Shown: positions 40,390 to 50,411 of the stretch, one piece after another
Layout: every line of letters starts with the position of its first letter
Position numbering within the stretch: the first letter of the stretch is position 1
DNA from: Fidelibacterota bacterium
GTDB lineage: Bacteria > Fidelibacterota > Marinisomatia > Marinisomatales > TCS55
Assembly (NCBI GenBank): GCA_046861385.1
Contig: JBHHTW010000001.1
Span: 1 to 64,000 of the forward strand
Direction of reading: 5' to 3'
Length of the DNA: 64,000 nt
Program-made: the position numbers and the translations under genes
Notes under the pieces: model-generated
Databases searched by the model: none
Told to the model about the DNA's origin: nothing
What the model saw: the letters and a program-made list of their open reading frames with translations, nothing else

Positions 40390-42986
40390 GCGAGAATAGA
40401 CCTGAGCACCAAGGAACACCCCTTATGCGTCAATATATGGATGTGAAAAAGCAGTACGGTGATGCCATCGTCCTTTTCCGAATGGGTGATTTCTATGAAA
40501 CATTCAGTGAAGATGCCGTCATTACATCAAAAGTATTGGGAATCGTTTTAACAAAGCGCTCCAATGGTGCCGCCGCCCAAGTACCTCTGGCTGGATTTCC
40601 CTATCATGCACTGGATAATTATTTACACAAGTTGGTGAATGCCGGACATCGTGTAGCAATTTGCGAGCAGGTGGAAGACCCGAAATTAGCGAAAGGAATC
40701 GTCAAACGGGAAGTGGTGGAAGTGGTAACGCCGGGAACAATTACGAGTGATGCTGCCTTAAATGAAAAAACAAATCAATATTTAGCGTCTATCCACTTCC
40801 ATCACCAAGATACTGGTTACGCAATTTTGGATCAGTCAACCGGCGAATTGTTCATCGGTGAATGTGCCTTAAACGATTTGACGGAATCACTTAAAAAATA
40901 TGCTCCAAGGGAAATCCTTTTGGCAGAGAATATTGTCTATTCCACTTCAGATTGGTATCGGGAATTAAAACCATTCGTCTCTACGGTAGAAGACTGGGTA
41001 CTGTCCTACGATCAGAGTTTGCGAATTCTTACCGATCATTTTCGGGTACGATCATTAAAAGGATTTGGCTGCGGAAATATGGAGTTGGGCATCACAGCTG
41101 CCGGCGCCATTTTTTACCACGTGAAAAATGAACTCCACGGATCTCTCTCACATGTGACGAACATTAATCCAATATCAGAAGACGGGGTTATGGGTTTGGA
41201 TGGATTTACCCTCCGCAATCTGGAAGTGTTCAAATCATTGGCAACTCAAGGAACCCATGGAACATTAGTGGATCTGCTGGATCAAACGGTGACTAATGGG
41301 GGAGGACGATTGTTGAAACAATGGCTGACTCGACCTTTGACAGACATTGAACGATTGAATGAACGCCTGAATATTGTAGAAAGTTTTGTTAAAAATAAAC
41401 GTTTGCTGAAAAAAATTCTGACTGTTTTGGATGAGGTACTGGACGTTGAGCGAATTCTAGGAAAGATTAATCAAAATAAAGCCAATCCGAGAGATCTTAA
41501 TGGTTTAAAAGAAAGCTTAAAGTGTATACCGAAACTAAAAGAATATTTGAATATAACTGATTTTGAATATTTAGAAATTATTCGGAATTCTTTTGTGAAT
41601 ACACAGGCAGTTGTAGAGTTGATCGAAAGTTCTATCAATGACGAAGTTCCGGCACAGTTACAACAGGGGAATGTTATCCGTGAAGGTATCAGCGTAGAAC
41701 TTGATAACTTGAGAAAACTGGTCAGCGGAGGAAAGCAATGGATTGCAAATATGCAAGAGCAAGAACGGGAAAAAACCGGCATCAGCAGATTAAAGGTAGG
41801 GTTCAATAAAGTCTTCGGCTATTATTTGGAAATATCCAAAACATATCAGGACAAAGTTCCTGATAATTATATACGCAAACAAACCTTAGTGAATTCCGAA
41901 CGGTATATTACCGAAGAATTGAAGGAATATGAGGAAAAAATCTTATCGGCTGAAGAAGATATAATGACAATTGAAACAGAAATATTTAATAATACAAGCC
42001 AAAGTATTCTGGAACAGGCGGATTTGATCCAAACCAATGCGAAAATATTAAACAGACTGGATGTATTGGCTACCTTTTCTCAATTATCTATTCAAAAGAA
42101 GTATTGTAAACCAATATTGGTTGAAGATTCTGTCCTGGATATCAAAGATGGACGTCATCCGGTTGTGGAGAATCTATTGCCTGCTGCGGATCGTTTCATA
42201 GGGAATGATACAAAAATGAATGTCAACCAAAGTCAGATTCACCTTATTACGGGACCGAATATGGCAGGGAAATCCACCTATCTACGTCAAATAGGACTCA
42301 TCGTTCTCATGGCTCAGGTCGGATGCTATGTTCCGGCTAAAAAGGCTACGATAGGCATGGTAGATCGATTATTTACCCGTGTGGGCGCCAGTGATAATCT
42401 GGCCGGTGGAGAAAGTACGTTTCTTGTGGAAATGATTGAAGCAGCTAATATCCTGAATAATGCGACTAACCGAAGTTTGATTCTACTGGATGAGATTGGT
42501 CGGGGAACAGCCACATTTGACGGACTGTCTCTTGCTTGGTCTATTACAGAATATTTACACAATCACAACCCTGTGGCAGCACGAACATTGTTTGCCACTC
42601 ATTATCATGAATTAACAGAATTGGAACACACACTGGAACGATTGGAGAATCACCACGCTGCAGTGAAGGAATTTGGAGATGAAATTGTATTTTTAAAGAA
42701 AATCCACCCCGGCCCAGGGGATAAAAGTTATGGGATACATGTTGCTCAAATGGCGGGTTTGCCCAACAGTATCCTTACTCGGGCGAAAGATATTTTGAGT
42801 CATCATTTAGAAACATCGGAACAATCGGGAACATCCATTCCGCCGCCAGCATCAAAGCAGATATCCATATTTGAAGTGCAGGAAGCCAAATTCAAAAAAG
42901 ACCTTGAAAAGCTCGATGTGAATACCATGACCCCCATTCAGGCTCTGCAAAAACTGGATGAATTGAAAAAGAAACATCGTTTATAA
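40386..42986 (+). CDS. mutS: DNA mismatch repair protein MutS
   Basis: TPLMRQY, FRMGDFYE, TGPNMAGKSTYLRQ, DEIGRGT, ATHYHEL; probable GTG start at 40386 overlapping the selB stop. Confidence 0.97.
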   Translation: MSENRPEHQGTPLMRQYMDVKKQYGDAIVLFRMGDFYETFSEDAVITSKVLGIVLTKRSNGAAAQVPLAGFPYHALDNYLHKLVNAGHRVAICEQVEDPKLAKGIVKREVVEVVTPGTITSDAALNEKTNQYLASIHFHHQDTGYAILDQSTGELFIGECALNDLTESLKKYAPREILLAENIVYSTSDWYRELKPFVSTVEDWVLSYDQSLRILTDHFRVRSLKGFGCGNMELGITAAGAIFYHVKNELHGSLSHVTNINPISEDGVMGLDGFTLRNLEVFKSLATQGTHGTLVDLLDQTVTNGGGRLLKQWLTRPLTDIERLNERLNIVESFVKNKRLLKKILTVLDEVLDVERILGKINQNKANPRDLNGLKESLKCIPKLKEYLNITDFEYLEIIRNSFVNTQAVVELIESSINDEVPAQLQQGNVIREGISVELDNLRKLVSGGKQWIANMQEQEREKTGISRLKVGFNKVFGYYLEISKTYQDKVPDNYIRKQTLVNSERYITEELKEYEEKILSAEEDIMTIETEIFNNTSQSILEQADLIQTNAKILNRLDVLATFSQLSIQKKYCKPILVEDSVLDIKDGRHPVVENLLPAADRFIGNDTKMNVNQSQIHLITGPNMAGKSTYLRQIGLIVLMAQVGCYVPAKKATIGMVDRLFTRVGASDNLAGGESTFLVEMIEAANILNNATNRSLILLDEIGRGTATFDGLSLAWSITEYLHNHNPVAARTLFATHYHELTELEHTLERLENHHAAVKEFGDEIVFLKKIHPGPGDKSYGIHVAQMAGLPNSILTRAKDILSHHLETSEQSGTSIPPPASKQISIFEVQEAKFKKDLEKLDVNTMTPIQALQKLDELKKKHRL

Positions 42987-43195
42987 ACCTCCATGTCTGC
43001 CCCGTTTTAATAATTTTATAACTGGTGGACTGACGAAGAAACGCAAAGGAATAAAGAAAATAATAACACCATATCACGAATGATGAAACTTTGGTTATGT
43101 CAAGGAGTTCTCACATAAGACTGTGTTTTGTCGATCAAGTGGCTATTTGTCCAATTGATCGGTGAAGTGGAAATGGTAATGGATCAACAGTAAGA

Positions 43196-44278
43196 ATGAA
43201 AAAACAAAAACATATTTATAAATGCCTGGGATTGATTCATCTATTAATTCTTGGTTTGTTCGTATCATCGATGTGGGCGGAATCCTATTGGGTGAAATAT
43301 GGATGGCAGTCTTTCAAAAATGCCGGTGATGCCCAATCGATTGCCCTAGGACAGGCACTAACAGCTGCATACAGTGGAGCAGCCTCAGTTTTACAAAACC
43401 CTGCTCATGCACACCATTCATATAACCAATATCTATATGCCCATCAAAATAGGTTTGCCGGATTGGTCAATAGCGATTTTCTTGCTTTTCCAACACTTGC
43501 GGGGTTTCAACGTCCTGTTAATGTTGTATTATTTCATGAGGGTGTGAGCAATATTCCCGATACACGAACCGTTCTGCTGGATTGGGGAATCGACGGCATT
43601 CCCGGTACCGGTGATGCCGGAGAAAGCAATGGTCATCTGGATGAAGGAGAACGCCTCGATGCAACTCAGGTATCATTTTTTAAACAATCTCAATGGGGGA
43701 TTCATTTAAGTACGACTTGGAAGGTTAAAAACTGGATCCTGGGAGTGGGGATGAAAGGACTATTTCACTCATTGGCCGAACATTATGCATCTGGAATTGG
43801 GTTTGATTTAGGCGCTACCCGTTCATTTTGGAAAGGGAACACCATTGGGCTGACCCTCACGAATGCAACCACTTCCTGGCTAGTTTGGGAAAATGGCACC
43901 ATTGAACGGTTTTCTCCTGAATTCTATGCTGGTATCTCACAAGAAATTGGATTTGAGCAATTTCCCCTCACTATTAATTTGATGGCTGATGCGGCGCTGA
44001 ATCCTTTCAGCCATGGATTGGAGGATGATTTTCAGTTTGGAGAGACTGGAGGTCGCTATCGGGGAGGATTGGGCATTCGTTATAAAAAATTTACTTTACG
44101 GTTTGGACGGGGATTAAACGCACTCACCAGCGCCGGACTTGGTTTGGATTGGGGACAAGCAGCCATACATTATGCGTTTACCACTGGTGCCAATTCGACA
44201 TTTTTAGGAGATTCCCACCTTTTATCCTTCAGTTTAGAGCCCAAATGGTTGGCCGGTCAACTGGGGAAGATTCTCTGA
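43196..44278 (+). CDS. PorV/UPF0164-like outer-membrane protein
   Basis: GDAQSIALG...SVLQNPA N-terminus, GIGFDLG, GLGL, C-terminal SHLLSFSL. Confidence 0.7.
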   Translation: MKKQKHIYKCLGLIHLLILGLFVSSMWAESYWVKYGWQSFKNAGDAQSIALGQALTAAYSGAASVLQNPAHAHHSYNQYLYAHQNRFAGLVNSDFLAFPTLAGFQRPVNVVLFHEGVSNIPDTRTVLLDWGIDGIPGTGDAGESNGHLDEGERLDATQVSFFKQSQWGIHLSTTWKVKNWILGVGMKGLFHSLAEHYASGIGFDLGATRSFWKGNTIGLTLTNATTSWLVWENGTIERFSPEFYAGISQEIGFEQFPLTINLMADAALNPFSHGLEDDFQFGETGGRYRGGLGIRYKKFTLRFGRGLNALTSAGLGLDWGQAAIHYAFTTGANSTFLGDSHLLSFSLEPKWLAGQLGKIL

Positions 44279-44283
44279 TGAAT

Positions 44284-44395
44284 GGTGAGTGGTAACTGGT
44301 GAGTGGTAACTGGTGAATGGTAACTGGTGAATGGTAACTGGTGAATGGTAACTGGTGACTGGTGACTGGTAACTGGTAACTGGTGAATGGTGAAT
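44284..44395 (+). repeat. Heptamer tandem array, 16 units of GGTRAVT
   Basis: GGTGAGT/GGTAACT/GGTGAAT/GGTGACT units, partly alternating as a 14-mer. Confidence 0.95.
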
Positions 44396-44454
44396 GGTCA
44401 GAAATGTTTTAATCCCGGTTGATGATATAAACTAAAATGAGGTTAATTTAAGCA

Positions 44455-44589
44455 GTGAAATCTTCTACAATAATACTATGGATACCCCTGATCGTTATTG
44501 CGATATTGAGTATCATAAAGTTAATCAAAAAACGTGAAAGTTCTGGAAAACCTTGGATCAGAATAGAGGAAATAGATAAAGATGAATAG
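44455..44589 (+). CDS. Small single-TM protein, 44 aa (absent from ORF track)
   Basis: GTG start; MKSSTIILWIPLIVIAILSIIKLIKKRESSGKPWIRIEEIDKDE; overlaps the BI-1 start. Confidence 0.55.
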   Translation: MKSSTIILWIPLIVIAILSIIKLIKKRESSGKPWIRIEEIDKDE

Positions 44590-45322
44590 TCATTTAGCAT
44601 TGAGATCAGGGAATCCTGCGCTTCAATCCAATACCTTTAAAAAACATTTTGCAGCAGCCAGTGAAGGCGCAATGACGCTAGAGGGTACAGTCCGAAAAAC
44701 AGCCATTTCGCTCATTTTACTGATGACAACAGCATTAATGACATGGAATAATCCCAATCTCGGTGTATTTATGATACCAGGTGTAATTATAGGTTTTATT
44801 TTGGCGATGATCACTGTTTTTAAACCCACAGCTGCACCCATCACCGTCCCTCTTTATGCATTAGCAGAAGGACTCTTTTTAGGAGGCATTTCCCGTATTT
44901 TTGAACAATCATATCCCGGTATTGCCGTTCAGGCGATTTTCCTGACCTTTGGTACTTTGGGGGCATTGCTCTTGGCGTATATGTCCGGACTGATCAAAGC
45001 GACCGAAAATTTCAAACTGGGTGTGGTGGCAGCCACCGGCGGTATCGCTATCCTTTATTTTATCAATTTTATTATGGGAATTTTTGGATCAGGGATCGGT
45101 GTGATTCATGGTAATTCCATGATGGGAATCCTATTCAGCGGATTTGTGGTCGTCATTGCTGCCTTGAATCTGGTGTTGGATTTTGATTTTATTGAGGAAG
45201 GGGCAGAAATGGGTGCCCCTAAATATATGGAATGGTATGGTGCCTTTGGGTTATTGGTAACATTAATCTGGCTCTATTTGGAGATATTGCGTCTGTTGGC
45301 AAAACTTCAAAGCAGGAGATGA
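44582..45322 (+). CDS. Bax inhibitor-1/YccA family membrane protein
   Basis: RSGNPAL, MTLEGTV, YALAEG, LNLVLDFDFIE, WLYLEILRLL. Confidence 0.93.
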   Translation: MNSHLALRSGNPALQSNTFKKHFAAASEGAMTLEGTVRKTAISLILLMTTALMTWNNPNLGVFMIPGVIIGFILAMITVFKPTAAPITVPLYALAEGLFLGGISRIFEQSYPGIAVQAIFLTFGTLGALLLAYMSGLIKATENFKLGVVAATGGIAILYFINFIMGIFGSGIGVIHGNSMMGILFSGFVVVIAALNLVLDFDFIEEGAEMGAPKYMEWYGAFGLLVTLIWLYLEILRLLAKLQSRR

Positions 45323-45326
45323 AATT

Positions 45327-45389
45327 AGTGACTGGTAACTGGTAAGTGGTAGCTGGTAAGTGGTAGCTGGTAAGTGGTAAGTGGTAACT
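45327..45389 (+). repeat. Heptamer tandem array, about 9 units of GGTARNT
   Basis: GGTAACT/GGTAAGT/GGTAGCT units directly after the stop codon. Confidence 0.9.
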
Positions 45390-45456
45390 GGTGGTGTGGT
45401 TACTATCGCCTGAATATACATAATGGAAACCTGAAAACCGGTTGGGAAATAAACCG

Positions 45457-45951
45457 ATGAATAACATGCAAAATGAACTCAATAAAAACGATAATAAAAA
45501 ACAGCTCAGGGAGTGTGTAAAAGCAATTGGTGGAAAAAATTACTTTCTTCAACTCCTGGAAGCTATACGTGAAACACCCCCCCATCCACTCATGGCAAAA
45601 AATGCAGAATTTCATTTTTCTATCGGCACTATTAAATGGAAAAAAGTGATCTATAAAGATAAAGTCCATTTATTATTATCGATGGTTAAGGGTAACCAAA
45701 ATAATGGAAATCTTATGCCAAAAAAGGGGGATAAAGGGTATAAAACAAAAATGAATTTGCTTCGAACTTTAGGGCCGATGGAGTTTATAGTTCACCCTAA
45801 AAACGCCAAAGATGGTGATGGCTTTATCCTACGTCCATTTGACATAGTTAATAAAGATACAACACGATTAAATTATATGTTCAATGCAATATTTTTTGCC
45901 CCGATTCATTCTGTAAAAAAGGAGCTTACAGCTAAAGAGTCATACAAATAA
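45457..45951 (+). CDS. Hypothetical protein
   Basis: About 164 aa open frame with ordinary composition; start uncertain (45442, 45457 or 45466). Confidence 0.7.
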   Translation: MNNMQNELNKNDNKKQLRECVKAIGGKNYFLQLLEAIRETPPHPLMAKNAEFHFSIGTIKWKKVIYKDKVHLLLSMVKGNQNNGNLMPKKGDKGYKTKMNLLRTLGPMEFIVHPKNAKDGDGFILRPFDIVNKDTTRLNYMFNAIFFAPIHSVKKELTAKESYK

Positions 45952-46140
45952 TGTGAAACTTTTACTCAAATGATGAGCGTACCTGCATTACAATCTATAT
46001 AGCGCAGCGGCTCGCTGTTCATGCGCAAAAGGAATGATACTAGTGGAGCAGTCGCAACCAATCTGAAATAGATTATATAATTTCTTTAAACGGTATTATG
46101 ACATTAAAGCAAAATAAGTATCAATGCTTAAAATAAAATT

Positions 46141-46245
46141 TTAAAGGTTTATCAAGCCAAATATTTTCCGAAAGTTTCTTTGAGAACTACGCTTCGAAAT
46201 CTTATCAAAGACAATCATATTATCAATATTCCTTTATATGCATGA
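46141..46245 (+). pseudogene. Remnant resembling the C-terminus of an AAA_14/DUF4143 ATPase
   Basis: LKVYQAKYFPKVSLRTTLRNLIKDNHIINIPLYA* with no start codon. Confidence 0.45.
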
Positions 46246-46424
46246 TCACAACTGAAAGTAATTGTTGAACAGAATAATGGATTAACTATCCATTTCAGAA
46301 ATAGAATATAGTGTAAAAAATAATATCAACCTGTTTCCACTGTAAGACCGCCGCGAATATGCCTACAAATTATTTTGCGTGAGCAGGCGGGCATTTTAAT
46401 TAATGATATTTTATACGATTCCAA

Positions 46425-47828
46425 TCACCGCGTTCCTTGTGGATTATTACTTTTGAAACCCTCAAAGGGAAAAGTATTGGGAGTAACGACAGTCCCTGTA
46501 GTAAATGTAAAAGGCAGGTCAGAATCCGGATTGAATGTGACTTCCAATAATCCGCTCTTATATCCCTTTTCTGCTGTGGAGACAACTACACCATATCGCC
46601 CATTTTCGTTTTTTGGAATCTCCATAGATGTCCAGGTGCGATCAATAGCCCAAATTCTAAAATCACGTCCATTTTCATTGGTTGCCTCCCATTGCTTCAC
46701 CGTATAATCAGAATTCATTGAATGGTCTATATTCAAAAAGATTGAGTCCCCTTTTACTGACCAGTCGAATTTGGGTAAATCCGTTTCAGATATGACTGCT
46801 TTATAAAATGCCAATAGGCTGCGCAAGTTATAATCACCGTCTAAATCCCGAAGGCTGTGATTAGCGTTCGGAATGTATTGTATGTATTTACTGCCAATTA
46901 AATCATCCCAGTAAAATTGCCAGGAGTCCGTCACAAAAAATTCATCTCCGGTTGCATTAATGAGAAATTTGGGTAAGTCCAGCTCCCGGATGAAGGAAAA
47001 AGGCTCAACAATTTCCATTAATCGGGCAAACTCGCGGGACCCCATCCAATCCATAATGCCTTCATGCACATAATCCTCTACGGCAGGCGACCACTCTCCA
47101 TAACATTTCCAATGGTGATTAAACGACGGAACAATATTCAGCATATCAATCACAATGGGAATAATGGCCATGACCCGATCATCAGCAATGGCTGTTGTCC
47201 ATGTTGTCCAACCCCGTTTGGAGGCACCGGTTGTTACAAAGCGGTGAATCGGTTTCCCTTCATATTCGGCTACTTTTTGGACTACATCCATCCCTTTTGA
47301 TACTGCTTTTGTCATTGGCAGTCTTGCCAGCCATTCTGCATCCTTATCTTGAGCACCACCCTCAAAAAATTGTCGCCATCCAAAGGAGATTAGTTCATCT
47401 TCGACCCGCTCGCCAAAATCATCATGTTTAAAAACCAACGGCTGAAAAGGGATGTTAGATATTTCAGCAATAATGGATTTTGTTGCGATGGCAGCTTGAA
47501 CCAAGGCTGAATCAGCAGAATCGGGCATTTTTCTTTTATTGTTTCCACCGCCAATGACCATAAGGGCTTCCGTCTCTTCAACTTCATTTGGAACAATGAT
47601 TGTTAGCCAATGCCACCACTCCACCTGATCGACTTCCTTAGATGATAACCACCTTTGAGATGTCATTTTGATGATATATTCCATCCAGGTTTCCCCTTCA
47701 ACTACCTTTTTTATTTCATATTGAAATGCAGTATCTTCCTTCTGAACATAATCTCGTAAAATTGAATTCTGTTTTTCACATGATGAAAGAAGTAAAATTG
47801 ATACAATTAAGATGGAAATTTTTCTCAT
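46425..47828 (-). CDS. PqaA-type (PhoPQ-activated pathogenicity) alpha/beta-hydrolase-like lipoprotein
   Basis: Lipobox LSS-C, MTSQRW, RLPMTKA, GASKRGWTTW, ATGDEFF. Confidence 0.88.
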   Translation of the reverse strand: MRKISILIVSILLLSSCEKQNSILRDYVQKEDTAFQYEIKKVVEGETWMEYIIKMTSQRWLSSKEVDQVEWWHWLTIIVPNEVEETEALMVIGGGNNKRKMPDSADSALVQAAIATKSIIAEISNIPFQPLVFKHDDFGERVEDELISFGWRQFFEGGAQDKDAEWLARLPMTKAVSKGMDVVQKVAEYEGKPIHRFVTTGASKRGWTTWTTAIADDRVMAIIPIVIDMLNIVPSFNHHWKCYGEWSPAVEDYVHEGIMDWMGSREFARLMEIVEPFSFIRELDLPKFLINATGDEFFVTDSWQFYWDDLIGSKYIQYIPNANHSLRDLDGDYNLRSLLAFYKAVISETDLPKFDWSVKGDSIFLNIDHSMNSDYTVKQWEATNENGRDFRIWAIDRTWTSMEIPKNENGRYGVVVSTAEKGYKSGLLEVTFNPDSDLPFTFTTGTVVTPNTFPFEGFKSNNPQGTR

Positions 47829-47943
47829 AGGTCGGCAGTCCGCTTTGGGTTATTGTTTGTTAAATTTATTTATTCAATATGGGAATATAATGAATTCGAG
47901 AAAGACTATTTCCAAATGAAATTACAATCAGGAAAAGAATAAA

Positions 47944-48291
47944 TTGATTGATATACCTGAACAGGATGATGATTTACTGAAAGAATGTCGAATAGACACG
48001 TATCGTTCAAGCGGGAAAGGAGGGCAGCATGTCAATAAAACGGAAAGTGCTGTACGGTTAACTCATTATCCAACGGGAATAGTAGTCACTTGTCAGGATG
48101 AGCGCAGCCAACACAGGAATAAACAAATTGCCTTAGAGCGATTACGGGATAAATTGACTGCCATCAACCGAAGACCCAAAAAGAGAATCAAAACCAAAAA
48201 ACCAGTCTCCGCGCACAATAAAAGAATCAAAGCGAAAAAGCAGCAATCAGAAAAAAAACATCGACGTCAAAAACCAGATTTGGATGAATAA
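47944..48291 (+). CDS. Short peptide-release-factor-like protein (ArfB/RF-1 domain)
   Basis: [27 protein letters not shown], basic C-terminal tail. Confidence 0.88.
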   Translation: MIDIPEQDDDLLKECRIDTYRSSGKGGQHVNKTESAVRLTHYPTGIVVTCQDERSQHRNKQIALERLRDKLTAINRRPKKRIKTKKPVSAHNKRIKAKKQQSEKKHRRQKPDLDE

Positions 48292-48708
48292 ATAATCGTT
48301 TAGCCGGTCATTCACTTTGAAGTGGTCGGAACGAAAGAACAAGGATTGAAAACCTCCTTCTGAATGGAAAATTTATTGAAGAAATTTTAAACTGGAAGCA
48401 TGTTTGTTGAGCAATATAGAAAAATCCATATTAATCTTAAGAGGCTTATACGACACCTGTCATTTTTCGATTGAATATAAATAGCGCTGATTTCCTGTCC
48501 AAAATGTAAACTCCCCATTTCACCAGAGAAACCTCACATAGACCAACATCCTTTAGGAAAGGTCGAATAACGAATAGAAGTCTCTAGATTATTTATCAGG
48601 TAAATGTGATAAAAAAATGATGAAAATGATGTAATACATATTTGGGAGGGATAGAGAAATACGTGTAAATTCCCTGACTTTTCCAGAATAATAAATAGCA
48701 AAATAATA

Positions 48709-49569
48709 ATGTTAAAAAGTATGACAGGTTTCGGCCGCGGGACATCGGGAAATGGCAATTCGGTTGTTTCGGTGAATGTAAAATCTTACAACGCCCGATT
48801 TCTTGAAATGAAGGTTAGAGGTCTTTCATTGGCACCTGAATTGGAAGCATCGGTTCGCGAAAAAATAACCAAATTATTGATTCGCGGGACGGTTCATATA
48901 TCTGTTGAAAGACAACTGGAAAATGGATCAGAGAATTTTCAGTTTAACCGTCAGAAATTTGAAACAATGGAAAAAATCATACAGAGTGTTCAAAAAGAAT
49001 ACGGACGCTCACTTGATTTAAGTAGTCTACTCTCTTCGGATGATCTTTTTGTAAAAAGTCAGGAACAGGAAACATCAAAAGAAGATTTACTGAGTGCGTT
49101 AAACAAAGCCCTGGATCAAGTCAAGTCCATGAGGAATAAGGAAGGTCAAGCGATATACGCAGACTCAACGGATCGATTAAATCGATTGTTGGATATGACG
49201 TCCAAAATTGAAGAATTATCAGCTGATTTCGTAAAGGAGCAAAGAGATAAAATGCATCGGCGATTATCGGAATTAATCGATAATGTTTCTATTGATGAAA
49301 ATCGCCTTGCACAGGAGGTTGCTTTTTTAGCAGACCGATCAGATATTTCAGAAGAATTAGTACGCATTCGTAGTCATATAGAACAATACAAACATTTAAC
49401 TGAATTGAGTGAACCCGTAGGAAAACGACTTTCATTTTTAATTCAGGAGCTAGGTCGGGAAATTAATACTATTGGTTCGAAAACGGGTACAAGCAGTATT
49501 ATTAATACAGTAGTTGAATTCAAGAATCAATTGGAAAAAATCAGGGAACAAGCACAAAACATACTATGA
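48709..49569 (+). CDS. yicC: YicC/YloC family endoribonuclease
   Basis: SMTGFG, DISEELVR, GKRLSFLIQELGREINTIGSK, IREQAQNI. Confidence 0.93.
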   Translation: MLKSMTGFGRGTSGNGNSVVSVNVKSYNARFLEMKVRGLSLAPELEASVREKITKLLIRGTVHISVERQLENGSENFQFNRQKFETMEKIIQSVQKEYGRSLDLSSLLSSDDLFVKSQEQETSKEDLLSALNKALDQVKSMRNKEGQAIYADSTDRLNRLLDMTSKIEELSADFVKEQRDKMHRRLSELIDNVSIDENRLAQEVAFLADRSDISEELVRIRSHIEQYKHLTELSEPVGKRLSFLIQELGREINTIGSKTGTSSIINTVVEFKNQLEKIREQAQNIL

Positions 49570-50174
49570 AAAATCTCGTGATCATATCTGCTCCCTCCGG
49601 CGCCGGTAAAACAACCATCTGCCGAGCCCTCCAGGAAAATGCCGACGTAAAATTTTCCATTTCATGTACAACACGGGAAAGAAGAAATTACGAAGTTGAA
49701 GGTGTAGATTATTATTTCATTACCGATGATGATTTCCAATACCGCCTTAGTAATGACGAGTTTGTGGAAACAGAAAATGTCCACGGTTTTATGTATGGTA
49801 CATTGAAAGAATCTATCGATTATGCCATATCAGCGAGAGAAATTTTATTATTTGAAGTGGATGTAAAAGGCGCCATGTCCATAAAAAATCTTTACCCGGA
49901 ACAAACAATATCGATTTTTATATTACCCCCCAGTTTCGAGGACCTAAAAGAACGTTTGATTAAGCGCGGGACTGATTCAAGAGCTCGAATTGCCAAGCGA
50001 TTAGAACGGCTGGATATTGAAATAGGCTACAAAGATCAATTTGATTATACAGTCATTAATGACAGTATTTTCCGTGCTACATCCAAAATTATATCAATCA
50101 TTAACAAACAAAATGAAGGAGTACTTCATGTCAATAAAAACCATATCAATGCGCGAGATGGAAAAGCAATCTGA
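49566..50174 (+). CDS. gmk: Guanylate kinase
   Basis: SAPSGAGKTT, SISCTTR, GVDYYF, FILPPS. Confidence 0.96.
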   Translation: MKNLVIISAPSGAGKTTICRALQENADVKFSISCTTRERRNYEVEGVDYYFITDDDFQYRLSNDEFVETENVHGFMYGTLKESIDYAISAREILLFEVDVKGAMSIKNLYPEQTISIFILPPSFEDLKERLIKRGTDSRARIAKRLERLDIEIGYKDQFDYTVINDSIFRATSKIISIINKQNEGVLHVNKNHINARDGKAI

Positions 50175-50409
50175 GGATATTTATGAGTCAGTAATTGTTA
50201 TGTCCAATCGGGCACGTCAAATCAATCGTAATCGCTTCATGGATGCTGCTATCAGGGATGCCGAAGAGTCAGAAATGGGTGTATTTGATGAACTTCCTCC
50301 GGAACCTAAAGAAAATTATGAAGAAGAAATTAAATCAACTACTCAAGCATTGGATGAATTTATCGCCGGTAAATTAACATGGCGGCACTCTGATGAAATA
50401 GAACTTTAA
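50128..50409 (+). CDS. rpoZ: RNA polymerase omega subunit (FCB type)
   Basis: IYESVIVMSNRARQIN, ALDEF; follows gmk; start ATG 50128 after GAAGGAG. Confidence 0.8.
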   Translation: MSIKTISMREMEKQSEDIYESVIVMSNRARQINRNRFMDAAIRDAEESEMGVFDELPPEPKENYEEEIKSTTQALDEFIAGKLTWRHSDEIEL

Positions 50410-50411
50410 CT

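Noticed and set aside
44284..44395. Possible CRISPR array
   Set aside because: Contiguous 7-nt units with no unique spacers, and no cas genes in the window
45219..45482. Minus-strand ORF with TSYHLP repeats
   Set aside because: Translation of the heptamer array, antisense to BI-1
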